Assembly: GCF_001194135.2 (NCBI RefSeq)
Contig: NC_068981.1
Span: 79,274,240 to 79,338,239 of the forward strand
Direction: 5' to 3'
Source: Octopus bimaculoides
Lineage: Eukaryota
Length of the DNA: 64,000 bases
The position numbers were made by a program, and so were the translations under genes. Each line of letters starts with the position of its first letter. Position 1 is the first letter of the stretch. The notes under the pieces were generated by a model. That model had not been told where the DNA came from, did no database searches, and saw only the letters and a program-made list of their open reading frames with translations. Shown one piece after another: positions 24,641-37,014 of the stretch.

Positions 24641-25060
24641 TGTATTGACAAACAAAAGAAATTAGTTAGTGAGAACCGAGTCTGGCTGTCCGGCGGAACA
24701 AAAAGCCGTCTCTAAAGGAAATGGTACAAAGGGACATCTGTGGTAACTCACCAACGAAGCAGTTGTTTCCTCCCACCACTCTCACTTTCACTTTCTTTCC
24801 TCTGTAATATTACCATATCTCTCTATATATACTACTATGAGATAGTGTACACACATACTAGCCGAAATTAACTCTTTACCTAGCATGCTTTTCCATTTAC
24901 TAGTTATACATACCAACCCGTCGTGGTTTTGGATATATATAAAGTAACGGTAAGTAAATATTTCTTTACAACTTCGATTATTGTTCTTCTTTCATCTTAC
25001 AAACCGTTACACTGGGAAACAACATCTTAATCATTGCCGCTACAATTGGTGACCCTCGAC
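24641..25060 (+). mobile_element. 5' LTR (404 bp) plus tRNA-Trp-like primer-binding site, body deleted
   Basis: TGT at 24641 to ACA at 25044, then AT and TGGTGACCCTCGAC (25047-25060), one base inserted relative to TGGTGACCCCGAC, the complement of the tRNA-Trp 3' end. Confidence 0.75.
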
Positions 25061-25147
25061 TACAACGAAGAACTAACCGTTACACAGAGTACACAAGATA
25101 TCATTCTTCAAGCCGAAGTTAAATATTCATATTCTGTCGCTAGCACT

Positions 25148-25210
25148 GTTGTCATGGGCAAGTTACTAAACTGTTACTGGCTCATTTCAGCTAACTGTAA
25201 ATAGGACCAT
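25148..25210 (+). mobile_element. Old CORE/MIR-like SINE fragment
   Basis: gtcatgggcaagttactaaac..ctcatttcagctaactgtaaatagg resembles the CORE consensus. Confidence 0.45.
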
Positions 25211-26059
25211 AAGCAGCGTTGTATAATTGGTTCTGCATCGTGTGTATGTAGTGTTGTACAAGTTTGGTAATATCCTTGCTTTTGCAGCTAAACTGCAGGA
25301 AGAGACCCACTTCATATTTCAGGTTGTAAGCAAGTAAAAACAGACAACCCAACAGCATTCAGACGCCTGCCTCTACAATCTGAATTATAATCGTAACAAT
25401 CGATTATATACTGGGGAAGATTAAAATGACAATATTCATTCATTGATTCATTTATTCACTCTCACCACGCGTGCCTATGCAGTTAAGAAGCTTGTTTTTC
25501 AACCATGTGGTTTTGGGTTCAGTTCCATTGCTCGGCGAGTGTCTCCCACAATAGCCTCAGGCTGACTAACGCCTTGTGACTGAATTTGGCCGACAGAAAC
25601 TGAAAGAAACCTGCGGTGTGCGTGTATATTTGCCCTCCGTTGCTTGACAACCGGTGCTGGTTTGTTTACATACCCATAAAAAATGAGACAAACAGAATAA
25701 GCACCGGACCTTAAAAGAAAATACGTACGGGGTTCGACTAAACCAGCGGTTCTCAACCGGGGTCCATACGACCTTTGACAGGGTCCATATGACCCTTGGG
25801 GAGGGTCCATATAAAATTTTGTTATCAAAATTTACGAGCAATAAATTGGTTAAAATTCTAGAATACACAAAATATTTGGTATTATTTTATCCTTTCACCC
25901 GCACGATTTTCACTAAGAGAAAAAAAGACATCGATTCTTTTGCGTGGAATCAAATACGCTGACCTCCTAATATGTTGCAAACCCCTTATTTTTGTTCGCA
26001 AGAAAGGTCGGGTGGGAAACCGGACCCCACCATCCCACCCTACCCCATATCCCGGAATC

Positions 26060-26457
26060 NNNNNNNNNNNNNNNNNNNNNNNNNNNNNNNNNNNNNNNNN
26101 NNNNNNNNNNNNNNNNNNNNNNNNNNNNNNNNNNNNNNNNNNNNNNNNNNNNNNNNNNNNNNNNNNNNNNNNNNNNNNNNNNNNNNNNNNNNNNNNNNNN
26201 NNNNNNNNNNNNNNNNNNNNNNNNNNNNNNNNNNNNNNNNNNNNNNNNNNNNNNNNNNNNNNNNNNNNNNNNNNNNNNNNNNNNNNNNNNNNNNNNNNNN
26301 NNNNNNNNNNNNNNNNNNNNNNNNNNNNNNNNNNNNNNNNNNNNNNNNNNNNNNNNNNNNNNNNNNNNNNNNNNNNNNNNNNNNNNNNNNNNNNNNNNNN
26401 NNNNNNNNNNNNNNNNNNNNNNNNNNNNNNNNNNNNNNNNNNNNNNNNNNNNNNNNN
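26060..26457. other. Assembly gap
   Basis: Run of N. Confidence 1.
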
Positions 26458-26772
26458 GGATTCAAAATTCAAAGAAGTTTGAAATGAATAAGTGAAAATG
26501 CAGAGATTAGTTGTAACGTAGTGTGTGGAGAGATAACGAACGGTAAATTCATCTAAAAAAAAACACGTTAGAGTTTTTGCATGTATGTATGAAACGAAGC
26601 AAAAGTATAATATTAAAACAAATATATCTTTTCCCTACATCTTAAAATCACTGGATATAATATTTATAATAATCCCGGGTTGCAGAATAGATTTGAAAAA
26701 CTAAAGCATTTTCCCTTTGCAATTTTTGGCGCCGAAATGAGTTTCCTTTTTGTGTGGAGAGAGAGAGAGAGG

Positions 26773-26807
<35 letters not shown>

Positions 26808-26866
26808 GAAGTTTAACTAAACTTTGAATGGTGTAACAATATATCATAATTATATATATCATTATA

Positions 26867-27190
26867 CATCATCGTCCTCATTTAACGTCTGCTTTCCATG
26901 TTGGCATGGGTTGTACGGTTTAACTGAGGACTGGCAAACCAGGAGGCTACAATCAGGCTCCAGTCTGTTCTGGCAAGGTTTCTACAGTTGGATACCCTTC
27001 CTAACGCCAACCACTCCGAGAGTGTAGTGGGTGCTTTTTAAGTGCCACTGGCACGATGGCCAGTCGGATGGCACTGGCATCGACCGCGCCAGTGCTAGCG
27101 GCACGTAAAAAGCACCATTCGAGCGTGATCGATGCCAGTGCCATCCGACATGGAAAGCAGACGTTAAACGATGATGATGTTGATGATAAT
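26867..27190 (-). mobile_element. RTE LINE 3'-end fragments (family C) at the centre of the foldback
   Basis: catcatcg..tttaacgtctgctttccatg..tggatacccttcctaacgccaaccactccgagag matches 35228-35560. Confidence 0.8.
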
Positions 27191-27775
27191 AATATATAAT
27201 AATATATATAATTATGATATATTGTTACACTATTCAAAGTTTAGGTAAACTTCGTCACCCCCTCACTCTCACTCTTTTTCTCTCTCTCTCTCCCTCCCCA
27301 CACACAAAAATGAAACTCATTGCGACGCCAAAAGTTGCAAAGGGAAAATGCTTTAGTTTTTCAAATCTATTCTGCAACCCGGGATTATTATATATATTAT
27401 ATCCAGTGATTTTAAGATGTAGGGAAAAGATATATTTGTTTTAATATTATACTTTTGCTTCGTTTCACACATACATGCAAAAACTCTAACGTGTTTTTTT
27501 TAGATGAATTTACCGTTCGTTATCTCTCCATACACTACGTTACCACTAATTTCTATAACCTCTACATTTTCACTTATTCATTTCAAACTTCTTTGAATTT
27601 TCAATCTAATGTAATCCACACTCTCTCGAAAATGTATTTCTGCAAAATGTTATCTAAAATTATGGGTAAAGAAAGAAATAGCCAAAAATATTTGAAAATG
27701 AGGTGAGGGTGAAATTTCCGAGGGTTCCACCCCGCCCCGTTTTCCGGGCCCCAAAAAAGGCTTTTGTAGCGTATT

Positions 27776-27815
27776 NNNNNNNNNNNNNNNNNNNNNNNNN
27801 NNNNNNNNNNNNNNN
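27776..27815. other. Assembly gap
   Basis: Run of N. Confidence 1.
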
Positions 27816-28592
27816 GGTCAGGGTACTTGATTCCATGCAAAAAATCCATGTTTTTTTTTTTTCTTAGTGAAAGTCGTGCGGGTGAAAGGATCAATGGGGA
27901 TGGAATTTCCGAGGCTTCCACCTCAATCCACCCCGTTTTCTTGACCCAAAAAACGTTTTTGTGGCATATTAGGTCACCGGAATTCATTCAACGAAAAAAA
28001 GAAAAATTTCCTGGGATTTGGGAGTGGGTCCGGTTCCCCCGCTTTTTTTTTTTTTTCCAAACAAAAATAAGAGGTCTGCAGCATATTAGGAGGTCAGGGT
28101 ACTTGATTCCACGCAAAAAAATCCAAGGTTTTTTTTTTTCTTTGTGAAAATCGTGCGGGTAAAAGGATCTAAATTTACCAAATATTTTGACAATTTTTTA
28201 ATACACTTTCTATTTAATCATAAAAATATGCGATTTTTAAACATCGTATAGTCATGAACGTCTATGCAAGTAAAACAGAAATCAAAAGGGTTCATAAGTA
28301 AAAACTGGTTGAGAACCGCAGGACTATACTTGGCAAGGCGATGCTCCAGTCCTATACCTGAAGCAAGCAACAGATATGTCAAATTTCAATTAACTCGAGA
28401 ATCCATAGAGACAGCTCAAGGGAGATAACCCCAAAGTCCACTAGAACTAATACTAAGTTTAGTCGCTTGATGGCGTTTAATTCGTCGTTGTTCCAGCTGA
28501 ATCTTAATTGGTGTTGTTTTTGATGTGGACGTTAATTACAAAAATTAAATAAATTAATTAAAAGCGAACGTTAAATGAGAAAACCATAAATT

Positions 28593-28711
28593 ATGGTAAA
28601 ACTCACCAATTTCCCTCCACCAACTGAAGGTATTCATTGCGAACAACCTGATGTAGAAGTATTCGTGCAGAAAAAATCTCTTGGATTAGGTAAACTCTAT
28701 GTTGCTGAAAG
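28593..28711 (+). CDS. CLNS1A: pICln / methylosome subunit, coding exon 1
   Basis: MVKLTNFPPPTEGIHCEQPDVEVFVQKKSLGLGKLYVAE(S); donor AG|gtatat, phase 2; resembles the pICln N-terminus (GLGTGTLYIAES). Confidence 0.92.
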
Positions 28712-29275
28712 GTATATTAAATATATAATAGCTTATCTGAAGTTATTTTTGTTATTTGCTGTTGTTTTCACACATATTAGGAGAGAAAAAAAAAAAGAAA
28801 AAAAAGCTTTATTATATATACGTATCCATATTAGCAACTTTTCTCTCCTTCATAAACTTAATAATTTGGTTGTATGTGTGTTAACTTTTGTCGTTCCTTC
28901 ATCCCATTTTCGATTCCAGCTTTTCGCTACTAGAATATTTACCTCGTGTTTAAGTTCTCTTCTAATACTCCGTGTTGTTTTCATCGTTCTCTATAGTTTG
29001 ATAGGTTATTTCCTACACGTTTTATTAATGGAAGCTTTAGTTTGTTCCAATGAATATACTATAATACTCAAAATAGCATGCGTTTATGTAATTAACTGCA
29101 ATAACAAAGCTTTTATCTCTCGCTCTATCTATCTATCTATATATATATATATATATATATAAATTAAAAACGTACTCTAAAATTTACTTTACCTACACAA
29201 TTATCAAGTTTCACCCCCACCACTATCTAGCATATACAGGTGCTTGCAATTATCAAGTATTACCTCTAAAATATC

Positions 29276-29309
<34 letters not shown>

Positions 29310-29856
29310 TATGTATGTATATATATTTCTGGAGTTGATTGTGAAAAGTAGTATTTTCGGACGTATGCTAAAGATGTTGGAAAGATTTGAGAATTTTGAG
29401 CCTCACAAGCTCGGTAAACAGTCGTCAAAAGGAGGCCACATCACGATGTAAGTATCTAAAAATATTATGCAAGATACGGTTAGCATATTTATATCAACAT
29501 GTCATCAGTCTGATGGTAGTCTTACCGCTTACCGCCACACGTGGTAAGATGATAGCCTCATTGATGAAATGCCGACACAAATATACTACTTTCTGTACAA
29601 CTGCAAAACTCTGCTGATGAATTAGTGATTCTACAATAATTGTCCATCACACGTTGAGTTCTGTTTGAATACTGATCAACTTGATCTTTGAATCAAATTT
29701 ACCTAATAACACATGTATGGGGTGGGGGATAACCTATGGTTGATATTACATATATTTTAAAACAGTTGTATTTCTTCATATGCATACGCTTAAATATAAT
29801 ACCTGTGTCTGATTTATACTCTTACATAAAGCATCAATTAATATTAACTCATAAAA

Positions 29857-30060
29857 AGGCGGCAAAGTCGGTAACACGCCGGACAAAATACCTTGCGGCA
29901 TTTCGTCCGTCTTTTCGTTCTGAGTTCAAATTCTGCCGAAATCGACTTTGTCTTTCATCCTTTCGGGGTCGATAAAATAAGTACCAGTTGATCATGGGGA
30001 TCGATGCAATCGACTTACTCCCTCCCCCGAAATTGCTGGCCTTGTGCCAAACTTTTAAAC
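29857..30060 (+). mobile_element. SINE family B in CLNS1A intron 1 (CpGs largely retained)
   Basis: Family match. Confidence 0.85.
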
Positions 30061-30849
30061 CAATATATCTCGTAAACAAACGTGCACACTTTCATTTTGT
30101 AATGACACTTCATAAAAATCAGTTAACTTTTAACTATATTTTGAACTATATCTTATGTATTATGAAGTTGAGTTGTTGTACATGTGATTAAAAGCATTAC
30201 TCATTGAATTTGAAATGCAGCAGATATTGTGCTTGTCTAACATTGAAATAGCCATTTTACTGAATTGCCTTAACTGATTCTTGCGTTAACTCTTTAGGAT
30301 TTAAACCGGTCCTATCTAGCCCATATATTCTATTTTATGCTGAAACCGGCTAGATCCATCCTCTCACACCTACTTTGCAATATCATTCTAAAAATAAACA
30401 ATTACACCATGTAGCTACAAGATAATGCATGATTAATTGAAAACAATGTGAATAAATAAACATTACATTTGAATGAGTAATCTGAATGCTAAAGTCTTTA
30501 ATTACTCATTTTTATAATGAACACTGAAAATATTTTATATTTAATAATTAATATTTAATTTTGGCTGGGTTGACATTTTTAATTTCCCACCCAGACAACT
30601 TCCTTGTTTCAGATGAATGAAAAATGTGTTTCTTATTCATGCTGACATGGAAAAATAAACATTAAAAACTAGTAATGCAATGCATGAGGCTCTACATCGG
30701 TAGTTCTCAACTGGGACCATATAAGATTTTGGGGGTCCACACAAGCAAAATAGTAATTTGGGAGTATACAGTGATATTTTAAGGGCTCATTCTTTAGGTG
30801 TATTTATTGCAAGAAACAGCTAGGTTTCTGGCCACTGAAAAATGTAACC

Positions 30850-31112
30850 TCGAGCCTTGTAAGTGGATTTGGTAGATGGAGGCTGAAAGAAGCTTGTTGT
30901 GTAAGTATATATGTGTCTTTGTGTCTGAATTTGCCCGTCCCCACCACCACCATTGCTTGACCACTGATAATAGTTTGTTTATATCCCTGTAACCGATAGA
31001 ATAAGTACTAGGCTTACAAAGAATAAGTCTTTGGGTCAATTTCTTCAACTAAAACCCTTTAAGTTGGTGCTCCAACATGGCCATGGTCAAATGACTGAAA
31101 CATGTAAAAGAA
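30850..31112 (+). mobile_element. SINE family A, 5'-truncated, CpG-eroded
   Basis: gccttgtaagtggatttggtag..ggtgctccaacatggccatggtcaaatgactgaaac. Confidence 0.8.
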
Positions 31113-31281
31113 GGAATGTCAGTATAAGAAAACGGTTGTAGAACCAAGGATGATCTCTTGCTGCAGTTTCTCTAAGTAATACGCTGTGTTGCAAGCAGGT
31201 CTCCACATCTAAGGATATCTTCCTCCCACCAGTGTCTGAGGTTCTGAAAAGAGACAATAGGCTGCCCTTCTTCCTCTAAAG

Positions 31282-31744
31282 CAGTGTTTTTCAACCAGTT
31301 TTCACCTATGGACTGCTTTGATTTCTATTTTACTCAGATGGACCCTTCTAGCCATTCAATATTTTAAAAATCATGAAAGCAGCGAGCTGGCAGAAATGTT
31401 AGCATGCTAGGTGAAATGCTTCGCAGTATTTTGTCTGCCTTTACGTTCTGAGTTCAAATTCTGCCGAGGTTGACTTTGCCTTTCATCCTTTCGGGGTCAA
31501 TAAATTAAGTACCTGTTGTGTACTGGGGTCGATCTAACCATCTGGCCTCCTCCCCCAAAATTTCAGGCCTTGTGCCTAGAGTAGAAAAAATATTTAAAAA
31601 ATCATATATCTTCATGAATAAATTTTATTAGGAATTGTATAAGAAAATTGTTTAAATATTTTGTGTATTGCAGAAATATAACCAATTTATTAAAGATGAA
31701 TTTTAACAACAAAATCTTATATGAACCCCAGTTGAGAACCACTG
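31282..31744. mobile_element. hAT-type MITE containing a SINE B insertion (31376-31590)
   Basis: cagtgtttttcaacc and gttgagaaccactg ends; TSD CTCTAAAG/CTCTAAAC (7/8). Confidence 0.8.
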
Positions 31745-31884
31745 CTCTAAACATTAAAAATATACATGAATAGCATGGCTGAGCAATTGAGAAGTAGTTA
31801 CAGGTTCAATCCTAATGCATGGCATCTTGGGCAAGTGCATTTGCATAGCCTCAGGTTGATACAAGCGTTTTGTAGGGAGAATTT

Positions 31885-32040
31885 CATCATCGTCGTTTAA
31901 CGTCTGCTTTCCATGCTAGCATGGGTTGGACGATTTGACTGAGGACTGGTGAACCAGATGGCTGCACCAGGCTCCAATCTGATCTAGCAGAGTTTCTACG
32001 GCTGGATGCCCTTCCTAATGCCAACCACTCCAAGAGTGGA
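31885..32040 (-). mobile_element. RTE LINE 3' end (family C), antisense in intron 1
   Basis: catcatcgtcgtttaacgtctgctttccatgctagc. Confidence 0.85.
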
Positions 32041-32382
32041 TAGGCAAAAACTGTATAGAAATTTGTTTGAAGAACTGTTTGTAATTCAAAGATTGACTTT
32101 GTCACACTATTTATAATTGAGAATTACATGTGTTTGTGGATTATTCGGTCACTTTGCAAGCTAATTCAATGAGCTGGTTGTCCAGTGAATCAAACATTAT
32201 ATTCATTGTCTCTATCTCCCTCCTCCTCTCTCTCTCTCTCACTCTCTCTCTCAGACATAGGTCTACATTCGCTTTTCTCAGTATCTCACTGATAACATGT
32301 CAAAAATCATACTAAGATACCAAGTAAAGCTTTTTTCTAGACAAATATTTAAATAACACATATTCTTGTATTGTTTTTTTAG

Positions 32383-32522
32383 TCGGCTTTCATGGGTTGG
32401 CTATGAAGATAACAAAGGTTTTTCCATAGAATATCCAGCTATATCTGTGCATGGAGTTTCTAAAGACCAGTCTAATTTTCCTCGCCCTTGTATTTATATG
32501 ATCATCAACTGCCTTTTAGATG
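32383..32522 (+). CDS. CLNS1A: pICln coding exon 2
   Basis: tttttttag|T CGG..; RLSWVGYEDNKGFSIEYPAISVHGVSKDQSNFPRPCIYMIINCLLD; donor G|gtaagt. Confidence 0.95.
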
Positions 32523-32876
32523 GTAAGTACTTGTTATTTATTAATCCTTATTAAATTTTTTTTATTTAATATATAATAGATGCAGACATCTATTCAAATC
32601 TGCATTGTCTTAATTATTGAAAAATTTCAAGCAACCGACCTTATTAGAGTTATCTCCCTTGTTTGGTGTTTTCGGGTTTAAAACACATCCAGGAATTCTT
32701 GTCGTTTACTTGAATAATCTCGATTAAAGTTTTTCGACATGCTGTGTTTGAGAAAACAAAGTTATGTCCCTTCGTTTGGAACTTATCGAAATAGCTACAA
32801 TAACAGTTGACGTATGATGATTTCTCATATGACATCTTTAATGTTTTAATTCAAAACTTTATTCTTTACTTTTTAG

Positions 32877-32966
32877 ATGATGACACAAACAATGAAAATC
32901 AATCAGAAAATGATGATGATGATGATTTGACTGAGATACATTTAGTACCTCAGGACTCAGGTACAT
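32877..32966 (+). CDS. CLNS1A: pICln coding exon 3 (acidic domain)
   Basis: ttttag|AT GAT..; DDDTNNENQSENDDDDDLTEIHLVPQDSGT; donor T|gtaagt; phase 1-1. Confidence 0.93.
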
Positions 32967-33224
32967 GTAAGTGTTAACATTTCTGTCAAATCAATTAAGT
33001 GTTGTTTAAGTATAGGCAATGGTACATCTCTAGTTTGTTTTGTAACAACATTATTTCATGTACAGTCCCACATTGTAACACCATGAGCAAGTATAAGTGG
33101 ATTAGGAAACTGGAAACTGAATGGAAACCCATTGTATACATATATGCATGTGTTCTATCTGTATGTGAATATATATGTCAATTTTAACATTGCATAGCAT
33201 AACTGCTCCACTCTGCTCTTTAGA

Positions 33225-33385
33225 AGATTGTCATCATTTAACGTCCACCTTCCATGCTGGTATGGGTTGGACGGTTTGACCAGAGCTGGCTAGGCAGGAA
33301 CCTGCACCAGACTTCTGTGTTTGTTTTGGCATGATTTTTACAGTTGGATGCCCTTCCAAATGCCAATCACTTTATAGTGTCGACT
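33225..33385 (-). mobile_element. RTE LINE 3' end (family C), antisense in intron 3
   Basis: tcatcatttaacgtccaccttccatgctggtatgggttgg. Confidence 0.75.
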
Positions 33386-33547
33386 CTATGGGATACGAAA
33401 AACCCTTACTGGAAACGCAAGGTATAGTTGGCAACAAAAAGAACATCTGGCTATAATCCATGCTAGCATGGAAAAATGGATGTTAAATGAACGAATGAAT
33501 ACAAAAGATCTTTCAATTGAGTTAAATATTGTTTTTCTCTCTTGCAG

Positions 33548-33649
33548 TAAATTTAATATTCCAAACGCTTTCAACTTGTTCAGCTCTGCATCCAGATGAA
33601 AACCAGCTGATAGATTCTGAATTTGAAGATGTAGACGAGGAAGATGAGA
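33548..33649 (+). CDS. CLNS1A: pICln coding exon 4
   Basis: cttgcag|TA AAT..; LNLIFQTLSTCSALHPDENQLIDSEFEDVDEEDE (conserved C.ALHPD); donor A|gtaaga. Confidence 0.95.
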
Positions 33650-33744
33650 GTAAGAGGACATTTGTTTTTAATATTTAATGTTTTAAAAATATATTTTTGT
33701 GAGCATAAATCATTTCAACCTGATATTGTCAATGTTATTGGCAC

Positions 33745-34050
33745 TCCATCAGGATGATGACGAGGGTTCCAGTTGATCCAATCAACAGAGCAACTTGCTT
33801 GTAAAATTAACATGCAAGTGGCTGAGCACTTCACAGACATGTGTACCCTTAACATAGTTCTCAGGTAGATTCGGCATGTCACAGAATGTATCAAAGCTGA
33901 CCCTTTGAAATATAAGTATTACTCATTTTTACCAGCTGAATGAACTGGAGCAACGTGAAATAAAGTGTCTTGCTCAAGGATGCAATGCACTACTGGGAAT
34001 TGAACTCACAAACCTTACAATTGGTAGCCGAATACCCGTGCTCACTAAGC
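33745..34050 (-). mobile_element. tRNA-derived SINE family E
   Basis: Shares ttgagcaagacactttatttcacgttgctccagttca with 37015-37350; partial copies near 46945 and 48240. Confidence 0.7.
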
Positions 34051-34682
34051 CATGTGCCTTCACTCAGTATTGTCAAAATAATGCAAAGTATATTCTTATA
34101 AGGTACCAGATCATTTGTGCATCTCTAAAGACTTCATATTTATGTTGGTATTCAAAAGAGGACACACCAGAAAGATTTACTGCTTTTGTCAAGTCCATTG
34201 TAGACTTTAAGGCCTGTATTACAAGTTAATAAAATATTTATAGTGCTTCATCATCAGTCCATTGCTTACATTGGTAAATTTACATGGTACAGCTAGTCTG
34301 ACTAGACTACTGTGAGTCTAGTTTCTTAGCATTTGGTACAATTTAGCAACAGTAACAGATGATCCTGATTCACTAACCTTTTTCCCAGAAGCCAAGAAAC
34401 AATTGTTTTCTTGACCAGATGTCATTCTCAGAAACATGGATGGGTGATGGAAAATATGCAATTTAAATGTTTTTTATTTATCATTAGAAAGCTTATAGCT
34501 GACTGGGTCTAGTTCAAGTGGCACACATATTATAAACAAAAATACATTAAAAAATGTAGATCTGGTTTAATGGATATTATGTAGACTAAAAATATAGAGG
34601 GTGTCTGTAAATGACTTGTTGAAAACAATCTGGTGAAATGAGTTTGCTTTTTTTCTTTCATGTTTTTTTTATGAGTGCTCTA

Positions 34683-35080
34683 GTGTGGCTGTCTTGTTAA
34701 AAGCTTGCTTCTCAACCACGTGGTTCTGGGTTCAATCCCACTGCATGGCACCTGGGGCAAGTGTTTTCTACTGTAGCTTTGGCCCAACCAAAGTCTTGTG
34801 AGTGGATTTGGTAGACAGAAACTGAAAGAAGCCCGTCATATGTGTGTGTGTATACATATGTGTGTCTTTGTGTCTATCTTTGTTACCCATCCCTGCTTGA
34901 CAACTGGTGTTGGTGTGTTTTCATCCCCATAACATAGCAGTTCAGCAAAAAAAGACCGATAGTATAAGTGCTAGGCTTAAGAAATAAGTCCTGGGGTCGA
35001 TTTGTTCGACTAAAACTCTTCAAGGTGGTGCTTCAGCATGGCCACAGTCAAATGACTGAAACAAGTAAAAGAATAAAAAG
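34683..35080 (+). mobile_element. SINE family A in intron 4, CpG-eroded
   Basis: Family match with many CG to TG/CA changes. Confidence 0.85.
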
Positions 35081-35227
35081 CCATAACCTCATGCCAAACT
35101 TCCACATCCTGCATCTCCCCAAGCTAATAGATACAGCTGATGCTTATCTTCTTTGCTCTTGAGATGTGGACTTGTGACTGTAAGAAGGTTACATAACTTT
35201 GATGTAATTTATACTAGACAATACTCC

Positions 35228-35560
35228 TCATCGTTTAACGTCCGCTTTCCATGCTAGCATGGGTTGGACGATTTGACTGAGGACTGGTGAACCAGATGGC
35301 TACACCAGGCTCCAATCTGATTTGGTAGAATTTCAACAGCTGGATGCCCTTCCTAACGCCAACCACTCCAAGAGTGTAATGGGTGCTTTTACGTGCCACT
35401 GGCACGAAGGCCTGTCAGGCGGTACTGGCAACGGCCACGCTCAAAATGGTGTATTTTACGTGCCACCTGCACAGGAGCCAGTCCAGTGGCACTGGCAATA
35501 ATCTCGCTTGAATGCCTTTACTCGTGCCAAGAAGGCGACGCTGGGCACAGGTGCCATCAC
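35228..35560 (-). mobile_element. RTE LINE 3' end (family C), antisense in intron 4
   Basis: Family match. Confidence 0.85.
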
Positions 35561-35689
35561 AAGTGAATTTAGTATTTCTTTTGTGTTTTTTTTAAAGCTC
35601 AAAATAGCTCTTCCAGAATGTAATTGCTTATTTTATTATTTGATAATGTTAAACATTATTTTTCATTTTCTGTTTCAACTTTTGTTTAG

Positions 35690-35824
35690 CTGATGAAATT
35701 GTTGACTATGAGGAGAGTGCAAACAGTCTTTCTAACCTGTCTATCCGAGGCCAAGAAACTTTACAGCATCTAGAAAATATTTTTATAGACAGTAGCCATT
35801 CTACAAATGGCGTTTTAACTTCAG
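35690..35824 (+). CDS. CLNS1A: pICln coding exon 5
   Basis: tttgtttag|CT GAT..; TDEIVDYEESANSLSNLSIRGQETLQHLENIFIDSSHSTNGVLTS (compare L..EGQATLERLE); donor G|gtattt. Confidence 0.93.
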
Positions 35825-36423
35825 GTATTTCTTACCATTATTACTTTTCAAAGTAATCTAACTTTATATACTTCACTTTTATTGTACTTCTTTTCTAAAC
35901 AAACTTTGGTAGTATTTTTGATGAAATACTTCCTTTTAAGGATCTTGTATTTTCTTCTGTTTCATTTCTATTGGTTTTGGGCTCAATGACTACTTTATTA
36001 ATAAGTAACTACAACCCTGGTATTACATTTGGCTCACAGGCAAAACACAACTTCAGTTACTTTACACAACATGGAGTAATATAATGTGGCAAGTCCTTTT
36101 AAAGCCATTAATACAAATACCAGCAATATACAAAAGTTAATCTGTCAGTTGTATCTCTGTTCTGCAATGATGACTTTATACTTAATCATTAACATCATTG
36201 ATTTTTGCATTTGTGTTTTTCATGCTTGCATAAGTTAGATGTAACTTATTGAGATAACTTTCTATGGTCAGATGCCCTTTCTGATACTAGCTCTTGTTTT
36301 GAAGAATTTATTTCATAGTACATTGAAACTGCTGAACTACCAAACATTTTGTTCTAGAGAGACATAAAATATCACTGCTACTCAAAGCAATGACACACAC
36401 AGAGACAAATTCACATACCTTCA

Positions 36424-36454
<31 letters not shown>

Positions 36455-36463
36455 TTACAACAA

Positions 36464-36910
36464 TCAGATGTAGAGTGCAAGAGAGTAGACTGTGCTGGTA
36501 TGGTCATGTGATGCGTATAGACGAGGACAGCCGTGTAAAGAAGTGCTGCTCTCTAGTTGTGGAAGATGTAGAATGAGATGGTGAAATATGATCTTTGGTT
36601 GTTGAATCTCATGGAAACAATGACAAGTGACCAAGACTCCTGGCAATTTACTGTGCTTGGGAAGACATGTCAAGCTAAGTGAAATTGTAGTCATGGCCTA
36701 GAGCCAGTGACACATTAAAGGCACCCATGCCAGTGACACATCGAAGATACTCAGTACACTCTCAAGAGTCGTTGGCATTCGGAAGGGCATCCAGCTGTAG
36801 CAACCAAACCAAAACAGACTGGAGTGTGATGCAGCTCTCCGGCTTATCAGGGCCAGTCAAACCATCCAACCCATGCCAGTATGAAAGCAGATGCTAATTG
36901 ATGATGATGA
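36464..36910 (+). mobile_element. 5'-truncated RTE LINE (ORF C-terminus plus family C 3' UTR), sense in intron 5
   Basis: IRCRVQESRLCWYGHVMRIDEDSRVKKC, then family C sequence ending in (gat)n. Confidence 0.8.
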
Positions 36911-37014
36911 TGCAGATATATATATAATCATCATCATTTAATGTCCATTGTGTTTAATATTTAAATTGGTCTCTCGAATTACACCTCTGATTTAATAGAT
37001 ATTTAAAGTGTGAA

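Larger units (their letters stand above)
25878..28179. mobile_element. Foldback element with very long inverted arms, GG..CC ends and 8-bp TSD AAATATTT (Merlin- or Mutator-like)
   Basis: TSD at 25870-25877 and 28180-28187; 25878-26060 mirrors 28020-28179; 26460-26900 mirrors 27147-27602. Confidence 0.8.
25744..28321. mobile_element. hAT-type MITE split by a foldback insertion
   Basis: TIRs cagcggttctcaacc and ggttgagaaccgcag; TSD GACTAAAC/GACTATAC (7/8); halves match the copy at 31282-31744. Confidence 0.8.
25490..28352 (+). mobile_element. SINE family A split by nested insertions (pieces 25490-25743 and 28322-28352)
   Basis: Left piece ends ttcgactaaac; aaggcgatgctccag resumes after 28330. 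Confidence 0.7.

Noticed and set aside
28712-29162. 189-aa ORF 28593-29162 as a single-exon gene
   Set aside because: pICln similarity stops at the donor at 28711; the remainder is intron 1 read-through.
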